From the IMG/VR virus record IMGVR_UViG_3300023184_000090, positions 1 to 64,000 of that record: 64,000 nt of DNA. One strand, written 5' to 3'. A program made the position numbers and the translations under genes. This document shows positions 38,675 through 48,996 of this stretch, one piece after another. The notes under the pieces were generated by a model, which searched no databases, was not told where the DNA came from, and saw only the letters and a program-made list of their open reading frames with translations. This stretch comes from a virus. Each line of letters opens with the position of its first letter. The first letter of the stretch is position 1.

Positions 38675-39577
38675 ATGTCTGAGTTTAAACGTCTACCGAA
38701 GATGTGCACAACTGAGCCATCTGCCATTCTCACCTTCAAAAAAGGTGGGACTGTGAAGATGGCGATGGGCGGCGCACTTCCGATGAGTTCGCCGAAGGCA
38801 CCGATGGCACCACGGCGACCTTCTCCTGATGCATCCATGGGGAAACCCATGATGGATGAGAACATTGCTCAGAGGGCCATGAAGCAGCGGATGGCGAAGA
38901 AAGTTCGCCCTGGTCAGCCTGAAATGGGAGGTGCAATGCCTGCCATGAAGGAAGGCGGTAGTGCTGACATGGCGCAAGACAAGGCCATGATCAAGAAAGC
39001 TTTCAAACAGCATGACAAGCAAGAGCACAAAGGCGGCAAAGGCACTGACTTATCCTTGAAAAAGGGTGGCCAAGTCCCAATTGAGAAGCCTGCAAAGGGC
39101 ATTAGCAATCAAACCACTAAAATGACGCCTGCAAAGATGCACAGTGGTAATGCTGCTATGTCCGCTTACAAAGATGGTGGAATGGCGGTTAGTCCGAAAA
39201 AGCCTGCTGCAGGCATTAGTGATGAAACCACTAAAATGGTCACCACATCTGGACGTGCCGCTGTAGGCAAGTTTAAGAGCGGTGGCAGCGTGTCCTCAAA
39301 AAAGTCGCCTAGTCCCTTCACAGGGAACATCTCAGTGATGAAGTTTGCAAACACTAGTATGAAGTCTGCAGCTAGTAGTCCTAACAAGCTAGGTCATACA
39401 GGTGGCATTTCGGTGACAAAACCTGCAGGCTACAAAGAAGGTGGACAAGTGGCAATCGCCAAGCCTGCCAACGGGATCACTGACAAGACCACTGACATGG
39501 TATCTGCAAAGATGCACAGTGGTAATGCAGCAACATCTGCGTACAAAGCCGGCGGTAAAGCTAAAATTGAGTGTTAA
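38675..39577 (+). CDS. Basic KGG-cassette repeat protein (putative internal core polyprotein)
   Basis: Eight [FYML][KA]xGG motifs delimiting Lys/Met-rich segments, three of them homologous to each other. Confidence 0.6.
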   Translation: MSEFKRLPKMCTTEPSAILTFKKGGTVKMAMGGALPMSSPKAPMAPRRPSPDASMGKPMMDENIAQRAMKQRMAKKVRPGQPEMGGAMPAMKEGGSADMAQDKAMIKKAFKQHDKQEHKGGKGTDLSLKKGGQVPIEKPAKGISNQTTKMTPAKMHSGNAAMSAYKDGGMAVSPKKPAAGISDETTKMVTTSGRAAVGKFKSGGSVSSKKSPSPFTGNISVMKFANTSMKSAASSPNKLGHTGGISVTKPAGYKEGGQVAIAKPANGITDKTTDMVSAKMHSGNAATSAYKAGGKAKIEC

Positions 39578-39579
39578 AG

Positions 39580-39604
39580 GCGGGGGCTTCGGCCCCTGCT
39601 TTTG
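39580..39604 (+). terminator. Rho-independent terminator
   Basis: GCGGGGGC-TTCG-GCCCCTGC followed by TTTT. Confidence 0.8.
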
Positions 39605-39617
39605 TAAAGGATAAAAG

Positions 39618-42272
39618 ATGGCACAAATCATTGTCTCGACTGGACCTGGCTCATTCGGGGATACTCAGCTACAGACACAGCTTTCAACTCGTTCGGCTGC
39701 ATACGACCCTGTTGATAAGTTGCGAGTATCTCAACCCCAAGCGCTAATTGACACCGACTTTGAGTACGGCACTCAACCGACCAAGTGGGAATCAATTTCA
39801 CTTCAGCAATCTCGTCAGAGTTGCTATTACACTGCTCAATTGCCTTTGAGCATCACAGGTATTACAGGTCTTAACACATTGAACGGCGGTTTCACTCTTG
39901 CAGGTACTTTCGTACTTGCAACAGGTGCTATCATTTACGTTCAAAATTCATTGAACACTGATTGTAATGGCTGGTTGTATGTGTCTACAGGCGGTACGAA
40001 CAGCGCTGTTGTGCAAACAGCCAATGGGACAACTATTCCTGCGACTAACTACTACAATCCTTCAAATACATATGTGTACGCAGGCGTCTTCTATTCTGCT
40101 TGCGGTATTGCATTAGCTGCAACAAGTGCGTTTACGTTTTCGTCGACTACTGTTACTGTAACTACTTCAACCCCACACGGGTTAAGCAAAGGTAGCTTTA
40201 TTTATGTCACAGGGTTAACAGGCGGAACTCCTGCGCCTAACGGTGCATGGGTTGTTGCAACTGTGCCGACTCAACTTACTTTTACGTACATTTGCAACAC
40301 TGCGCCCACTGTGGCGATTGTAAATGCGACCGGCCAGACTAACTTGTATGCACGACCTTCAGGTTATGTTGAGACTCGACCTTACGACGGTGGCGTGGCA
40401 TTTTCTGCCAACTCAAATGCACCTGATCAGCAGTTGATTCGCCAAACTCGCCGATACTTCCGCTATCAGTCAGGCAAAGGCATTCAGTTCTCTACTGGGT
40501 CAGCACTAAAGCCTTATTTGTTCAACCCGTCATTGGCATCAAGCGGCACAGCGATTGGTTCAACGATCACCGTAACAACCCCAACGCCTCACAACTTAAC
40601 TACGAACTGTACTATTCGAGTTGCAGGTGTTGATCAAGTTGGCTACAACGGCGATTTTCAGATTGCAAGTGTGCCTTCAGTGACGACATTTACGTACACA
40701 GCAACTGTTGCACCTGCGGCAACAACTGCAACAGGTATCAACATTCGAATTAGCCCATTGACATGGTATGGTTCTTCAAATCGTATTGGGTTTTTTGATC
40801 AGCAAAACGGTTTCTTCTTTGAGTTTGATGGGCAAACTTTGTACACTGTATTGCGCAGTTCTACTACGCAATTGGCAGGTCGTGCACAAGTTACGCAAGG
40901 TAGTGCAACTGTGACAGGTGTTGCTAGCACCGGTTGTAACTGGTCTTCTACACTAAAGCCCAATGACTACATTGTGATTCGCGGTCAGTCATACAAAGTG
41001 ATCACTATTGCAAGTGACACCTCAATGACGATCTCACCTGAGTATCGCGGTGCAACTCTAGCCACGGGTATACAAGGTTACATCATCTCAAAGACGATTG
41101 AAACGCGAACTCCGCAATCATCATGGTTTGACGTGTGTGATGGTTCAAATTCTATGAACAACCCGTCAGGCTACAACCTTGATTTGACCCGCATGCAAAT
41201 GTGGTACATAGACTATTCATGGTATGGTGCAGGCGCAGTTCGATTCGGGTTTCGAGGTAAAGACGGTGCCGTGACTTATGTGAATCAGATTCAGAACAAC
41301 AACCTTAAGTATGAAGCATACATGCGCTCTGGCAACATGTCTGCACACTATGAGTCAAACGGTCAGAATGCTTCAACATACATTACTTCTACGCTGGCAG
41401 CTGCTGCAGTAGACGCTATAGCTGTTGCAGATACTTCATTGTTCCCCAACGCGGGCACTGTACAAGTTAAGGGCAATGCTGCAACAACCCCAACTGCAAG
41501 CGCTATTGAGTACATTGCTTACACTGGCAAGACTTCAACGACACTAACCGGGTTGACTCGTATTCAAACAGGCGGAAACGGTACTGCACAGACATTCACG
41601 TATGCAGCAACTGCACCGATTTCTGTAGTGTATGCAACGCCTGATACTGCGCCTTCATTATCGCACTGGGGTTCTTCAGTTATCATGGATGGCAACTTCA
41701 ACGATGACAAATCGTTGCTGTTCAACTACGGTATGACGACTGCCATCACCACGACAACCTTAGGCCAAGTAACTGCAGTGATGGCAATTCGTTTAGCACC
41801 TTCTGCTGATAGCGGCACAATCGGTACTCTTGGAAACAAAGAAATTATCAATCGTGCACAGTTGCAACCAGTTGAACTTGGGTTGTTCACCACTGGTGCA
41901 GGCTACTTCATTCAGTTGTTCTTAAACGGGTTTGCAAGCGCTGCATTTACCGGCTCATTTTCTACAATTGGCGCCGGCACTTCATCATTGGCACAAGTTG
42001 CACTGAACACTACGCTCGGCACAACTATCACTAACGGTGAATCAGTAGCTGCTGCATACACGAACCAAACAGGTTCGACGACTCTTGATCTTAATAGTGT
42101 TCGTGACTTAGGCAACTCGATCTTAGGCGGTGGCACAAGTAATACTGTTCCAACATCTCAAGCAGGTTACTACCCCGACGGCCCTGATATTTTGTATGTT
42201 GTCGCAACGGCATTGTCTGCAACCTCATCCACGTTGGTGGCTCGGTTGACATGGAAAGAAGCTCAGGCATAA
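39618..42272 (+). CDS. Large virion structural / adhesion protein with repeated beta modules
   Basis: 884 aa, Thr/Gly/Ala rich; two VTT.TPH.L..G/N..I.V.G...NG...V..V....FTY modules. Confidence 0.55.
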   Translation: MAQIIVSTGPGSFGDTQLQTQLSTRSAAYDPVDKLRVSQPQALIDTDFEYGTQPTKWESISLQQSRQSCYYTAQLPLSITGITGLNTLNGGFTLAGTFVLATGAIIYVQNSLNTDCNGWLYVSTGGTNSAVVQTANGTTIPATNYYNPSNTYVYAGVFYSACGIALAATSAFTFSSTTVTVTTSTPHGLSKGSFIYVTGLTGGTPAPNGAWVVATVPTQLTFTYICNTAPTVAIVNATGQTNLYARPSGYVETRPYDGGVAFSANSNAPDQQLIRQTRRYFRYQSGKGIQFSTGSALKPYLFNPSLASSGTAIGSTITVTTPTPHNLTTNCTIRVAGVDQVGYNGDFQIASVPSVTTFTYTATVAPAATTATGINIRISPLTWYGSSNRIGFFDQQNGFFFEFDGQTLYTVLRSSTTQLAGRAQVTQGSATVTGVASTGCNWSSTLKPNDYIVIRGQSYKVITIASDTSMTISPEYRGATLATGIQGYIISKTIETRTPQSSWFDVCDGSNSMNNPSGYNLDLTRMQMWYIDYSWYGAGAVRFGFRGKDGAVTYVNQIQNNNLKYEAYMRSGNMSAHYESNGQNASTYITSTLAAAAVDAIAVADTSLFPNAGTVQVKGNAATTPTASAIEYIAYTGKTSTTLTGLTRIQTGGNGTAQTFTYAATAPISVVYATPDTAPSLSHWGSSVIMDGNFNDDKSLLFNYGMTTAITTTTLGQVTAVMAIRLAPSADSGTIGTLGNKEIINRAQLQPVELGLFTTGAGYFIQLFLNGFASAAFTGSFSTIGAGTSSLAQVALNTTLGTTITNGESVAAAYTNQTGSTTLDLNSVRDLGNSILGGGTSNTVPTSQAGYYPDGPDILYVVATALSATSSTLVARLTWKEAQA

Positions 42273-42281
42273 GGAGGTTGT

Positions 42282-43022
42282 ATGCCACTTGTGAAAAGCA
42301 AATCGGCTGAAGCATTCAAGAAGAATGTTTCAGCCGAAGTAAAAGCAGGTAAGCCTGTGAAGCAAGCTGTTGCAATTGCTTATTCGACAAAAAACTCTGT
42401 CGGTAAGAAAGAAGGCGGCTTGTGGGACAACATCCATGCCAAGCAAGAACGCATTAAAAACGGATCTGGAGAGCGTATGAGAAAACCAGGCAGTAAAGGC
42501 GCACCTACAGCTGAAGACTTTAAAGTTTCAGCAAAGAAAGACGGCGGCACGATCATTGAGCCGTTTCAGATGAAAAAAGTAGGGACGGGTGGCAAAGTTA
42601 AGAAGCACAAAGGCTATGCTTCTGGCGGCGCAATCACAGGCCAACAGTTTCAAGCAATGCAAGGCACTGTGAACCGCTACTCTGCTCCGGCATCTCGTTC
42701 GACTTCAAGTAACACAGTATCTCGTCCTTCACCTGCGCAAGAGCCAAGTCTGTACGGCAGGTCTTTTCAAGCCGCTTATGATGCTGCAAAGCCTATAGCT
42801 AAGCCGATGGAAAGACAAGCTGCGCCTGTCTATAGGCCTGCACCTAGGCCTGTAGAGCCAACTCCAACGATGGGAAGAGAGCCACCGCCAAAAGTAGCGC
42901 CTGTGAACAGACCTGATTTTACGAACCCGCCAACAGAAAGCGTCTTGCCAGGCAGAGGCCAGATGAGCTATAAAAAAGGCGGAAAAGCAAACAAAGCTTC
43001 TAAGAAGAAACCAAACTACTAA
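42282..43022 (+). CDS. Basic KGG-motif protein
   Basis: MPL.KSKS..AF..N..AE..AGKP.KQAVAIAYS; GGLWDNIHAK..RI..GSGE.MRKPG; YASGG and YKKGG. Confidence 0.6.
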   Translation: MPLVKSKSAEAFKKNVSAEVKAGKPVKQAVAIAYSTKNSVGKKEGGLWDNIHAKQERIKNGSGERMRKPGSKGAPTAEDFKVSAKKDGGTIIEPFQMKKVGTGGKVKKHKGYASGGAITGQQFQAMQGTVNRYSAPASRSTSSNTVSRPSPAQEPSLYGRSFQAAYDAAKPIAKPMERQAAPVYRPAPRPVEPTPTMGREPPPKVAPVNRPDFTNPPTESVLPGRGQMSYKKGGKANKASKKKPNY

Positions 43023-43031
43023 AGGGGTGGC

Positions 43032-44084
43032 ATGTCTACTTCAGGTACAGTCGGTCAAACTGTAATTTCTGTTCAAAAGTTAATTGACCACGGTGCTCGT
43101 AGGTCGGGAAAACTAGCTGAAGAGCTTACAGTTGAACAAGTAGACGCATCTAAAGATAGTCTGTTCTATCTTTTGTCAAATCTTGCTAACTACGGCGTTC
43201 ACTATTGGTGCATTGACAAAACTATTCTTGGTCTGACCCCTGAGAAGTACATCTACACGCTTCCAGTAGGCACTATTGATGTGCTGAACACCAACTACCG
43301 CACAGTAAATGCAAATACGACTGGCGGATATAGCACTTCAGGCACTTCTGCATATGCTTTTGATGGTGTATACACTAACATTTGCCAGCTAACGACCAAC
43401 ACTGGGAAGATCGGCGTGGTTTTAAGTGCCGACACTTACATCGGCACAGTCGGCATTTTGCCTGCAGTCTCAGGGTCGGTCACTCTTACCATCCAGAGTT
43501 CAACAGATGGGATCACGTGGACCACTGTCTACAGTCCAGGTGCTATTACATGGGTTGCAGGAACGTGGCTGTACTATGATCTAGACCCTTCGGCTAGCAC
43601 TACTTACTGGCGTATCAGCCAGTCGGCTGGTGTGAACATGGGGGTTTACCAAGTTGTGTTTGGTTCGAACGCCAATGAGATACCTTTGGCAAGGTTGAAC
43701 CGTGACGACTACACCAACCTGCCAAACAAGAACTTTGTCAGCAATAGGCCTTTGCAATTCTGGTTTGATAGAACAATCCCACAGCCTACAATGTATGTGT
43801 GGCCATCGTCAAACACGTATTCTCCGCAGATCATAGTTTGGCGGTATCGTCAAATTCAAGATGTGGGCGATCTGTCAGGTGAATTGGAGATCCCACAGCG
43901 GTGGTATCTTGCAATTCAGAACATGCTTGCCCATCAGATGTCGATGGAATTGCCTGCCGTTGATCCCGGTCGAGTTACGTATTTAGAGCAGCAAGCAGAC
44001 AAGTACTGGCAGCAAGCCGAACAAGAAGAAAGAGATAAATCTCCGATTTATTTTGCACCCAACATAAGTTACTATACAAGGTAA
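43032..44084 (+). CDS. Head-tail adaptor / tail tubular-like protein with an inserted beta-sandwich domain
   Basis: MSTSGT start, R.DY..LPNK...RP.QFW.DR, P.RWY.A; central AFDG-type insertion. Confidence 0.55.
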   Translation: MSTSGTVGQTVISVQKLIDHGARRSGKLAEELTVEQVDASKDSLFYLLSNLANYGVHYWCIDKTILGLTPEKYIYTLPVGTIDVLNTNYRTVNANTTGGYSTSGTSAYAFDGVYTNICQLTTNTGKIGVVLSADTYIGTVGILPAVSGSVTLTIQSSTDGITWTTVYSPGAITWVAGTWLYYDLDPSASTTYWRISQSAGVNMGVYQVVFGSNANEIPLARLNRDDYTNLPNKNFVSNRPLQFWFDRTIPQPTMYVWPSSNTYSPQIIVWRYRQIQDVGDLSGELEIPQRWYLAIQNMLAHQMSMELPAVDPGRVTYLEQQADKYWQQAEQEERDKSPIYFAPNISYYTR

Positions 44085-44085
44085 C

Positions 44086-44361
44086 ATGCCACGAGTTCTT
44101 GACACACACGGTAATGCGATACTTAGTATTGCGATTTGCGACCGTTGCAAGATGAAACGTGCATATGTCAACTTGGGTTCTGATCCGAACTTCCCCGGTT
44201 TACGTGTTTGTGACCAAGGTTGTAGAGATCAGTTTGACCCATACAGACTTCCGGCTAGGCAACCTGAAAAGATTGCCATTCGTTTCCCTCGTCCTGATGA
44301 TGATCTCACAGGTCAAGACAATCAGTCGCCTGCGTACCAAGGTAAGTACGGGCCGCCTTAA
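44086..44361 (+). CDS. Small Cys-rich virion protein
   Basis: IAICDRC..L..D.N.PGLRVC..C.D..DP..PRPD. Confidence 0.6.
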   Translation: MPRVLDTHGNAILSIAICDRCKMKRAYVNLGSDPNFPGLRVCDQGCRDQFDPYRLPARQPEKIAIRFPRPDDDLTGQDNQSPAYQGKYGPP

Positions 44362-44370
44362 AGGATCGAA

Positions 44371-46683
44371 ATGGCACAAGCAGGCTACACGCCCATACAA
44401 CTCTACTACTCGAACACCACAACCAATGCGCCGGCTGCGCTGGCTAACGGTGAGTTGGCAATTAATCAAGCAGACGGTAAACTTTTCTATAGAAACAGCT
44501 CAGGTGCCGTAACACAATTTAGTCTTACTTCAGTTACGACAATTAGTTTTGGTTCTACCGGCCTTACACCATCTACCGCAACATCAGGCGTTGTTAGCGT
44601 TGCAGGCACGTTAGCTGCTGGCTATGGCGGTACGAGCTTTAGCACGTATGCAGCTGGCGATCTTATTTACGCATCTGCAATAAATACGCTTGCTAAGTTA
44701 GCTGCAGGCACGAACGGGCACGTGCTTACACTCGCAGCAGGCGTGCCTACATGGGCGGCAGGTAGTGCCAGTGGCGTTACGACAATTAGTTTTGGTTCTA
44801 CCGGTCTTACTCCGTCTACTGCAACATCAGGCGCTGTTAGCGTTGCAGGCACGTTAGCGTTGGGCTATGGCGGAACAGGCTTTAGCACGTATGCAGCTGG
44901 CGATCTTATTTACGCATCTGCCGCAAACACTCTTGCTAAGCTGGCCGCAGGCACAAACGGATACGTGCTTACACTTGCAGCAGGTCTGCCTACATGGGCA
45001 GCAAGTACAGGCGGCGTAACTTCATTTAGCGCAGGCTCAACTGGTCTTACGCCAAATACTGCAACGACAGGAGCTATTTCTCTTGGGGGTACTCTAGGCT
45101 CTGCCTACGGAGGTACTGGGTTTACGGCATATGCAACTGGCGATCTTATTTATGCATCTGCAACAAACACACTTGCTAAGCTGGCTGCAGGCACAAATGG
45201 ATACGTGCTTACGCTTGCAGCAGGCGTGCCTACATGGGCCGCAGGCGGTAGTGGTGGCGTTACGACAATTAGTTTCGGCTCAACAGGACTTACGCCGAAC
45301 GTTGCAACAAGCGGCGCAGTCTCTGTTGCAGGCACATTGGCTGCCGGTTTTGGCGGCACAGGGCTAAGTGCATTTGCAATTGGCGACACCATGTATGCTT
45401 CGGCTACAACGCCTACGATTTCAAAGCTTGCAATTGGCACAGCCGGTCAAGTGATGACAGTAAACACGGGCGGTACTGCGCCTCAGTGGTCTGCGCAATC
45501 TACGCTTACAGCAGGCAAAGCTACTAATATTGCAGGCGGTGTTGCAGGCACGATGTTCTATAACACTGCTGCTGACACTACTACTAATCTTGCAATTGGG
45601 TCTGCATACAATATTTTAGGCGTTAACACAGGCGCCACTGCGCCTTCGTGGCAGACTTTGTCATCGCTTATTGACAATGCATTGTCAGCCAGCGCGCAAG
45701 GCTCGATACTTTATAGGGATACGTCGACATGGGTTGCATTAGCGCCTGGAACCAGCGGCTTATTTCTTAAGACAAACGGTGCATCAGCAAACCCTGCATG
45801 GGCAACGGCGTCTATCGCAGGCTGGACGTACGCTCAAAATACAGCAGTGCCGAATGCAACGAACAATGTTAGCTCACTAACTGTAAGCGCAACTTCAACG
45901 AATGCATTTGCAGCAATTGTGCCTAAAGGCACAGGTGGTCTTATTGGCGCGATTCCTGACTCAACAGCAGCAGGTGGCGATGTTAGAGGAACATATTCTG
46001 TTGACTTGCAATTCACAAGATCTGCATCAACAATGGTTGCAAGTGGCACTGATGCATCGCTTATCGGAGGTGCATCAAATACAGCATCAGCAACTGATTC
46101 AGCTGTCGTAGGCGGTAACAACAATAATGCAGGCGCGGCACAATCAGGTATCTTTGCAGGTGCTAGTAATAAAACAACAGGTGCTTATTCTGTTGTACTC
46201 GGTGGTAAGTTTGGTGATGATCGTGGGTTATCAGGTGCGATGGTTCAAAGTGCGGTTGCATCCGCTACTGTAGGGCAGTATCAAGCCCGAAGAACTCAGT
46301 TAGCTGCTGCAACTACTGATGCAACAGCCACTAGAATGACCACAGACATTACAGCTGCTTCAAGTACAAATCAGCTTAACTTGGCTGCAAATACTGCGTT
46401 TGCTTTTGCAGGAATAGTCGTTGCAGGTGTTACCACAGCTGGTAATGCTAAGGCATGGAATTTCAGAGGTCTTATTAAGCGAGGCGCAGGTGTTGGAACA
46501 ACGGCAATTGTGGGCACAGTGGCTGTTAATATTGACGCCGCTGACACAGGCGCATCAACATGGACAATTGCAGTAACTGCGGATACGACAAACGGAACTC
46601 TTGCAGTAACTGCAACAGGTCAAGCCGCTACTAGTATTAAGTGGACTTGCGTTATTACATCATCTGAAGTAGTGACGACATAA
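44371..46683 (+). CDS. Tail fibre (virion-anchoring N-terminus, four shaft repeats, C-terminal head)
   Basis: N-terminal GELAIN.ADGKLFY fibre motif; 80-81-aa repeats; C-terminal domain shared with the three following genes. Confidence 0.75.
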   Translation: MAQAGYTPIQLYYSNTTTNAPAALANGELAINQADGKLFYRNSSGAVTQFSLTSVTTISFGSTGLTPSTATSGVVSVAGTLAAGYGGTSFSTYAAGDLIYASAINTLAKLAAGTNGHVLTLAAGVPTWAAGSASGVTTISFGSTGLTPSTATSGAVSVAGTLALGYGGTGFSTYAAGDLIYASAANTLAKLAAGTNGYVLTLAAGLPTWAASTGGVTSFSAGSTGLTPNTATTGAISLGGTLGSAYGGTGFTAYATGDLIYASATNTLAKLAAGTNGYVLTLAAGVPTWAAGGSGGVTTISFGSTGLTPNVATSGAVSVAGTLAAGFGGTGLSAFAIGDTMYASATTPTISKLAIGTAGQVMTVNTGGTAPQWSAQSTLTAGKATNIAGGVAGTMFYNTAADTTTNLAIGSAYNILGVNTGATAPSWQTLSSLIDNALSASAQGSILYRDTSTWVALAPGTSGLFLKTNGASANPAWATASIAGWTYAQNTAVPNATNNVSSLTVSATSTNAFAAIVPKGTGGLIGAIPDSTAAGGDVRGTYSVDLQFTRSASTMVASGTDASLIGGASNTASATDSAVVGGNNNNAGAAQSGIFAGASNKTTGAYSVVLGGKFGDDRGLSGAMVQSAVASATVGQYQARRTQLAAATTDATATRMTTDITAASSTNQLNLAANTAFAFAGIVVAGVTTAGNAKAWNFRGLIKRGAGVGTTAIVGTVAVNIDAADTGASTWTIAVTADTTNGTLAVTATGQAATSIKWTCVITSSEVVTT
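44533..45495 (+). repeat. Four tandem 240-243-bp coding repeats in the tail fibre
   Basis: Units start at 44533, 44776, 45016, 45259 (VTTISFGSTGLTP...PTWAA); the fourth unit diverges in its second half. Confidence 0.9.
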
Positions 46684-46684
46684 C

Positions 46685-47818
46685 ATGCCAATCACACTAC
46701 AAAACCCAGGGGCTGCAGCATCTGTTGGTAAGTTTACGATGTCGCCTGCAACAACAGGCTCATACACGCTTACGTTTCCTGCGTCTGACGGAACTGCAAA
46801 TCAAGCACTTACGTTTAACACAAGCGGCGTAGGCGCATGGACGACGATAACGCCGCCTACGACAACAGGGTGGACATTTTCATTGTCTTCAACAGGCACT
46901 AATGCTACTGTTAACGTCATGTCTATGACGCCATCTGGCGGAACTGCAAGCCAAGCCTGGTGCGTTGTGCAAAAGGGCGGTAGTAGCTCTATGCTTGCTT
47001 TATCAGTCCCGGATGGGACTGCAGCAGGCGGCAATGCCAGAGGGTATGGTTCATTAGATCTTCAGATGGGTAGAGCATCGGCAACCCAAGTTGCGTCGGG
47101 TGGTTTTTCTTATATCTTAGGCGGCTACGGTAATACTGCAGGAAATAATGCCTACATTCTAGGCGGGTATCTTAACTCATGTGGCATAACCCAAGGCAAT
47201 AACGGTGTTGTCGCAGGTGGGTCAAACAACAATGTTAATAATACCAATACTGCAATTTTGTGTGGTGACAATAATCTTACAGGTGGAACAGCAGGAACCA
47301 CAGCCGCCCAAGCCTTCTCTGTTATTGTGAACGGTAGATATGCGACCACTAGATCGCAGGCTTGTACAACTGTATGGGGCTCTTGCAACTTTAATGGCAC
47401 CACTCAGGGTGCTGCACAAATAGTTTCGCACAGGCTGTATCAGAACTTCGTGGGCGCAACCTCTGGTATTATGCGAGGTGGCGTACAAGCAACGTCTGTA
47501 TACACTAACAACAATTGCATAGTTGTTGCGCCTAGCATGACATATGCCTTCTATGGTGACGTAACTTGTACCACAACAGCAGGTGCTGATTGCAAAACGT
47601 GGAAAGTCACTGGCTTAATTAGACGACCGACAGCAGGCGTGCCAACATTCGTAGGTACGCCTACAGTAACTGACATGTATTCTTCGGCAGGACTTACGGG
47701 GACAACAGTCATAACTGTTGTGACAAATAGCACAGATCAGTTCACGATTAATGCAACATCAGGGACTGCAACTGAAACTCGCTGGTTTGCCCATATCTGG
47801 ACAGTAGAGGTGTACTAA
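46685..47818 (+). CDS. Fibre / receptor-binding paralog 2
   Basis: Shares NATVNV..VPDG...GGNARG..S.DL..VASG and K.W...G.I.R with the 44371 C-terminus. Confidence 0.65.
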   Translation: MPITLQNPGAAASVGKFTMSPATTGSYTLTFPASDGTANQALTFNTSGVGAWTTITPPTTTGWTFSLSSTGTNATVNVMSMTPSGGTASQAWCVVQKGGSSSMLALSVPDGTAAGGNARGYGSLDLQMGRASATQVASGGFSYILGGYGNTAGNNAYILGGYLNSCGITQGNNGVVAGGSNNNVNNTNTAILCGDNNLTGGTAGTTAAQAFSVIVNGRYATTRSQACTTVWGSCNFNGTTQGAAQIVSHRLYQNFVGATSGIMRGGVQATSVYTNNNCIVVAPSMTYAFYGDVTCTTTAGADCKTWKVTGLIRRPTAGVPTFVGTPTVTDMYSSAGLTGTTVITVVTNSTDQFTINATSGTATETRWFAHIWTVEVY

Positions 47819-48996
47819 TGGCAATACAGTTTGACCAAACAGGAACAGGCACATTAGTGCTTAAACCGCCTGCATCAAGCACTTATACTGTTACGTGGAC
47901 ATTTCCTAGCGCTGTGTCTGCAGTTGCAGCAGGCGCCATGGTGAGCAGTGGGTCGACGTCAAACACTTTCACTTTTGCAACAGCGACGCCGGACGCAGGC
48001 TGGACGTACGCTTTAAACGCCAATGCCACTAACACAACCGTTAATGTTAGCGCAATCACTGCATCAGGCGGGACCACAAGTCAGTCTCCTATTATAGCGC
48101 CTAGAGGCGCAAACGGCTATCTTGTATTTGGGTATGTGCCTGATGGGACAACCACAGGTGGCAATGCGCGTGGTGCAGGGTCTGTTGAAATGTGCCCAGG
48201 GGGTACTCTGAATAGTGCAGATTCAGTTGCGTCTGGTGCGTACTCTGTAATGATTGCATCAAAAGCCGCTGGCGGAACAGGTGCATACAGTGTTAGCATA
48301 TCAAACACTAACCTGACCGGAACTAGTGGTCAGTACAGTGTTTCAATATGCAATGACGGAACTACAAGCTTTGAAGGCGGAAACGGCTATAACTATGGTC
48401 TTTCTATCGGTGTGACAGCAGGCGGTCCGGCAGGTAATTACTCAACTCAGTTTATGGGTGGGTTTATGTCATGGGGCGCTGCTAAAGATCACACATATGG
48501 GCAAAGCTGTAACACAAGCACTGCTGCAGGTCAGTATGACGGGTATGGGTTCTTTAGAATGCATCCGTTGGTAAGTCAGACGACAGGCGCTGTGTCTTCC
48601 ATTATGAGCTCTACTAACGACAACTTAACAACAGCTGGCGACACTAACGTAATTAATATTGCATCAACGAACGCTTTTTCTACAAGGTCGTCTGCACAAA
48701 TAGATGCTATTGTAGTCGCCACTGAACAAGGCACAGGCGCTATTGCAAAGTCATGGTCTGTGACTGCATATGCGTACCTTAACGCCAGTAGAAATACAGT
48801 GCTTGTAGGCAGCACGTGGACTACATTGTACAATGATACTTCTGCATCAACATGGCCGACGCCAACAATAACTGCCGTTGCTCAGTCAGGTAGCGTAACT
48901 TGGTCAGGCGTTACTATTACTGTCACAGGAGTTGCAAGCGTTTCAATTGACTGGTTATGTAAGTTTGACATAGTTGTCGGAAGGTCTCAAGCATAA
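47818..48996 (+). CDS. Fibre / receptor-binding paralog 3
   Basis: WTYA..N.TVNVS..VPDG...GGNARG.GSV..VASG; KSW. Confidence 0.65.
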   Translation: MAIQFDQTGTGTLVLKPPASSTYTVTWTFPSAVSAVAAGAMVSSGSTSNTFTFATATPDAGWTYALNANATNTTVNVSAITASGGTTSQSPIIAPRGANGYLVFGYVPDGTTTGGNARGAGSVEMCPGGTLNSADSVASGAYSVMIASKAAGGTGAYSVSISNTNLTGTSGQYSVSICNDGTTSFEGGNGYNYGLSIGVTAGGPAGNYSTQFMGGFMSWGAAKDHTYGQSCNTSTAAGQYDGYGFFRMHPLVSQTTGAVSSIMSSTNDNLTTAGDTNVINIASTNAFSTRSSAQIDAIVVATEQGTGAIAKSWSVTAYAYLNASRNTVLVGSTWTTLYNDTSASTWPTPTITAVAQSGSVTWSGVTITVTGVASVSIDWLCKFDIVVGRSQA

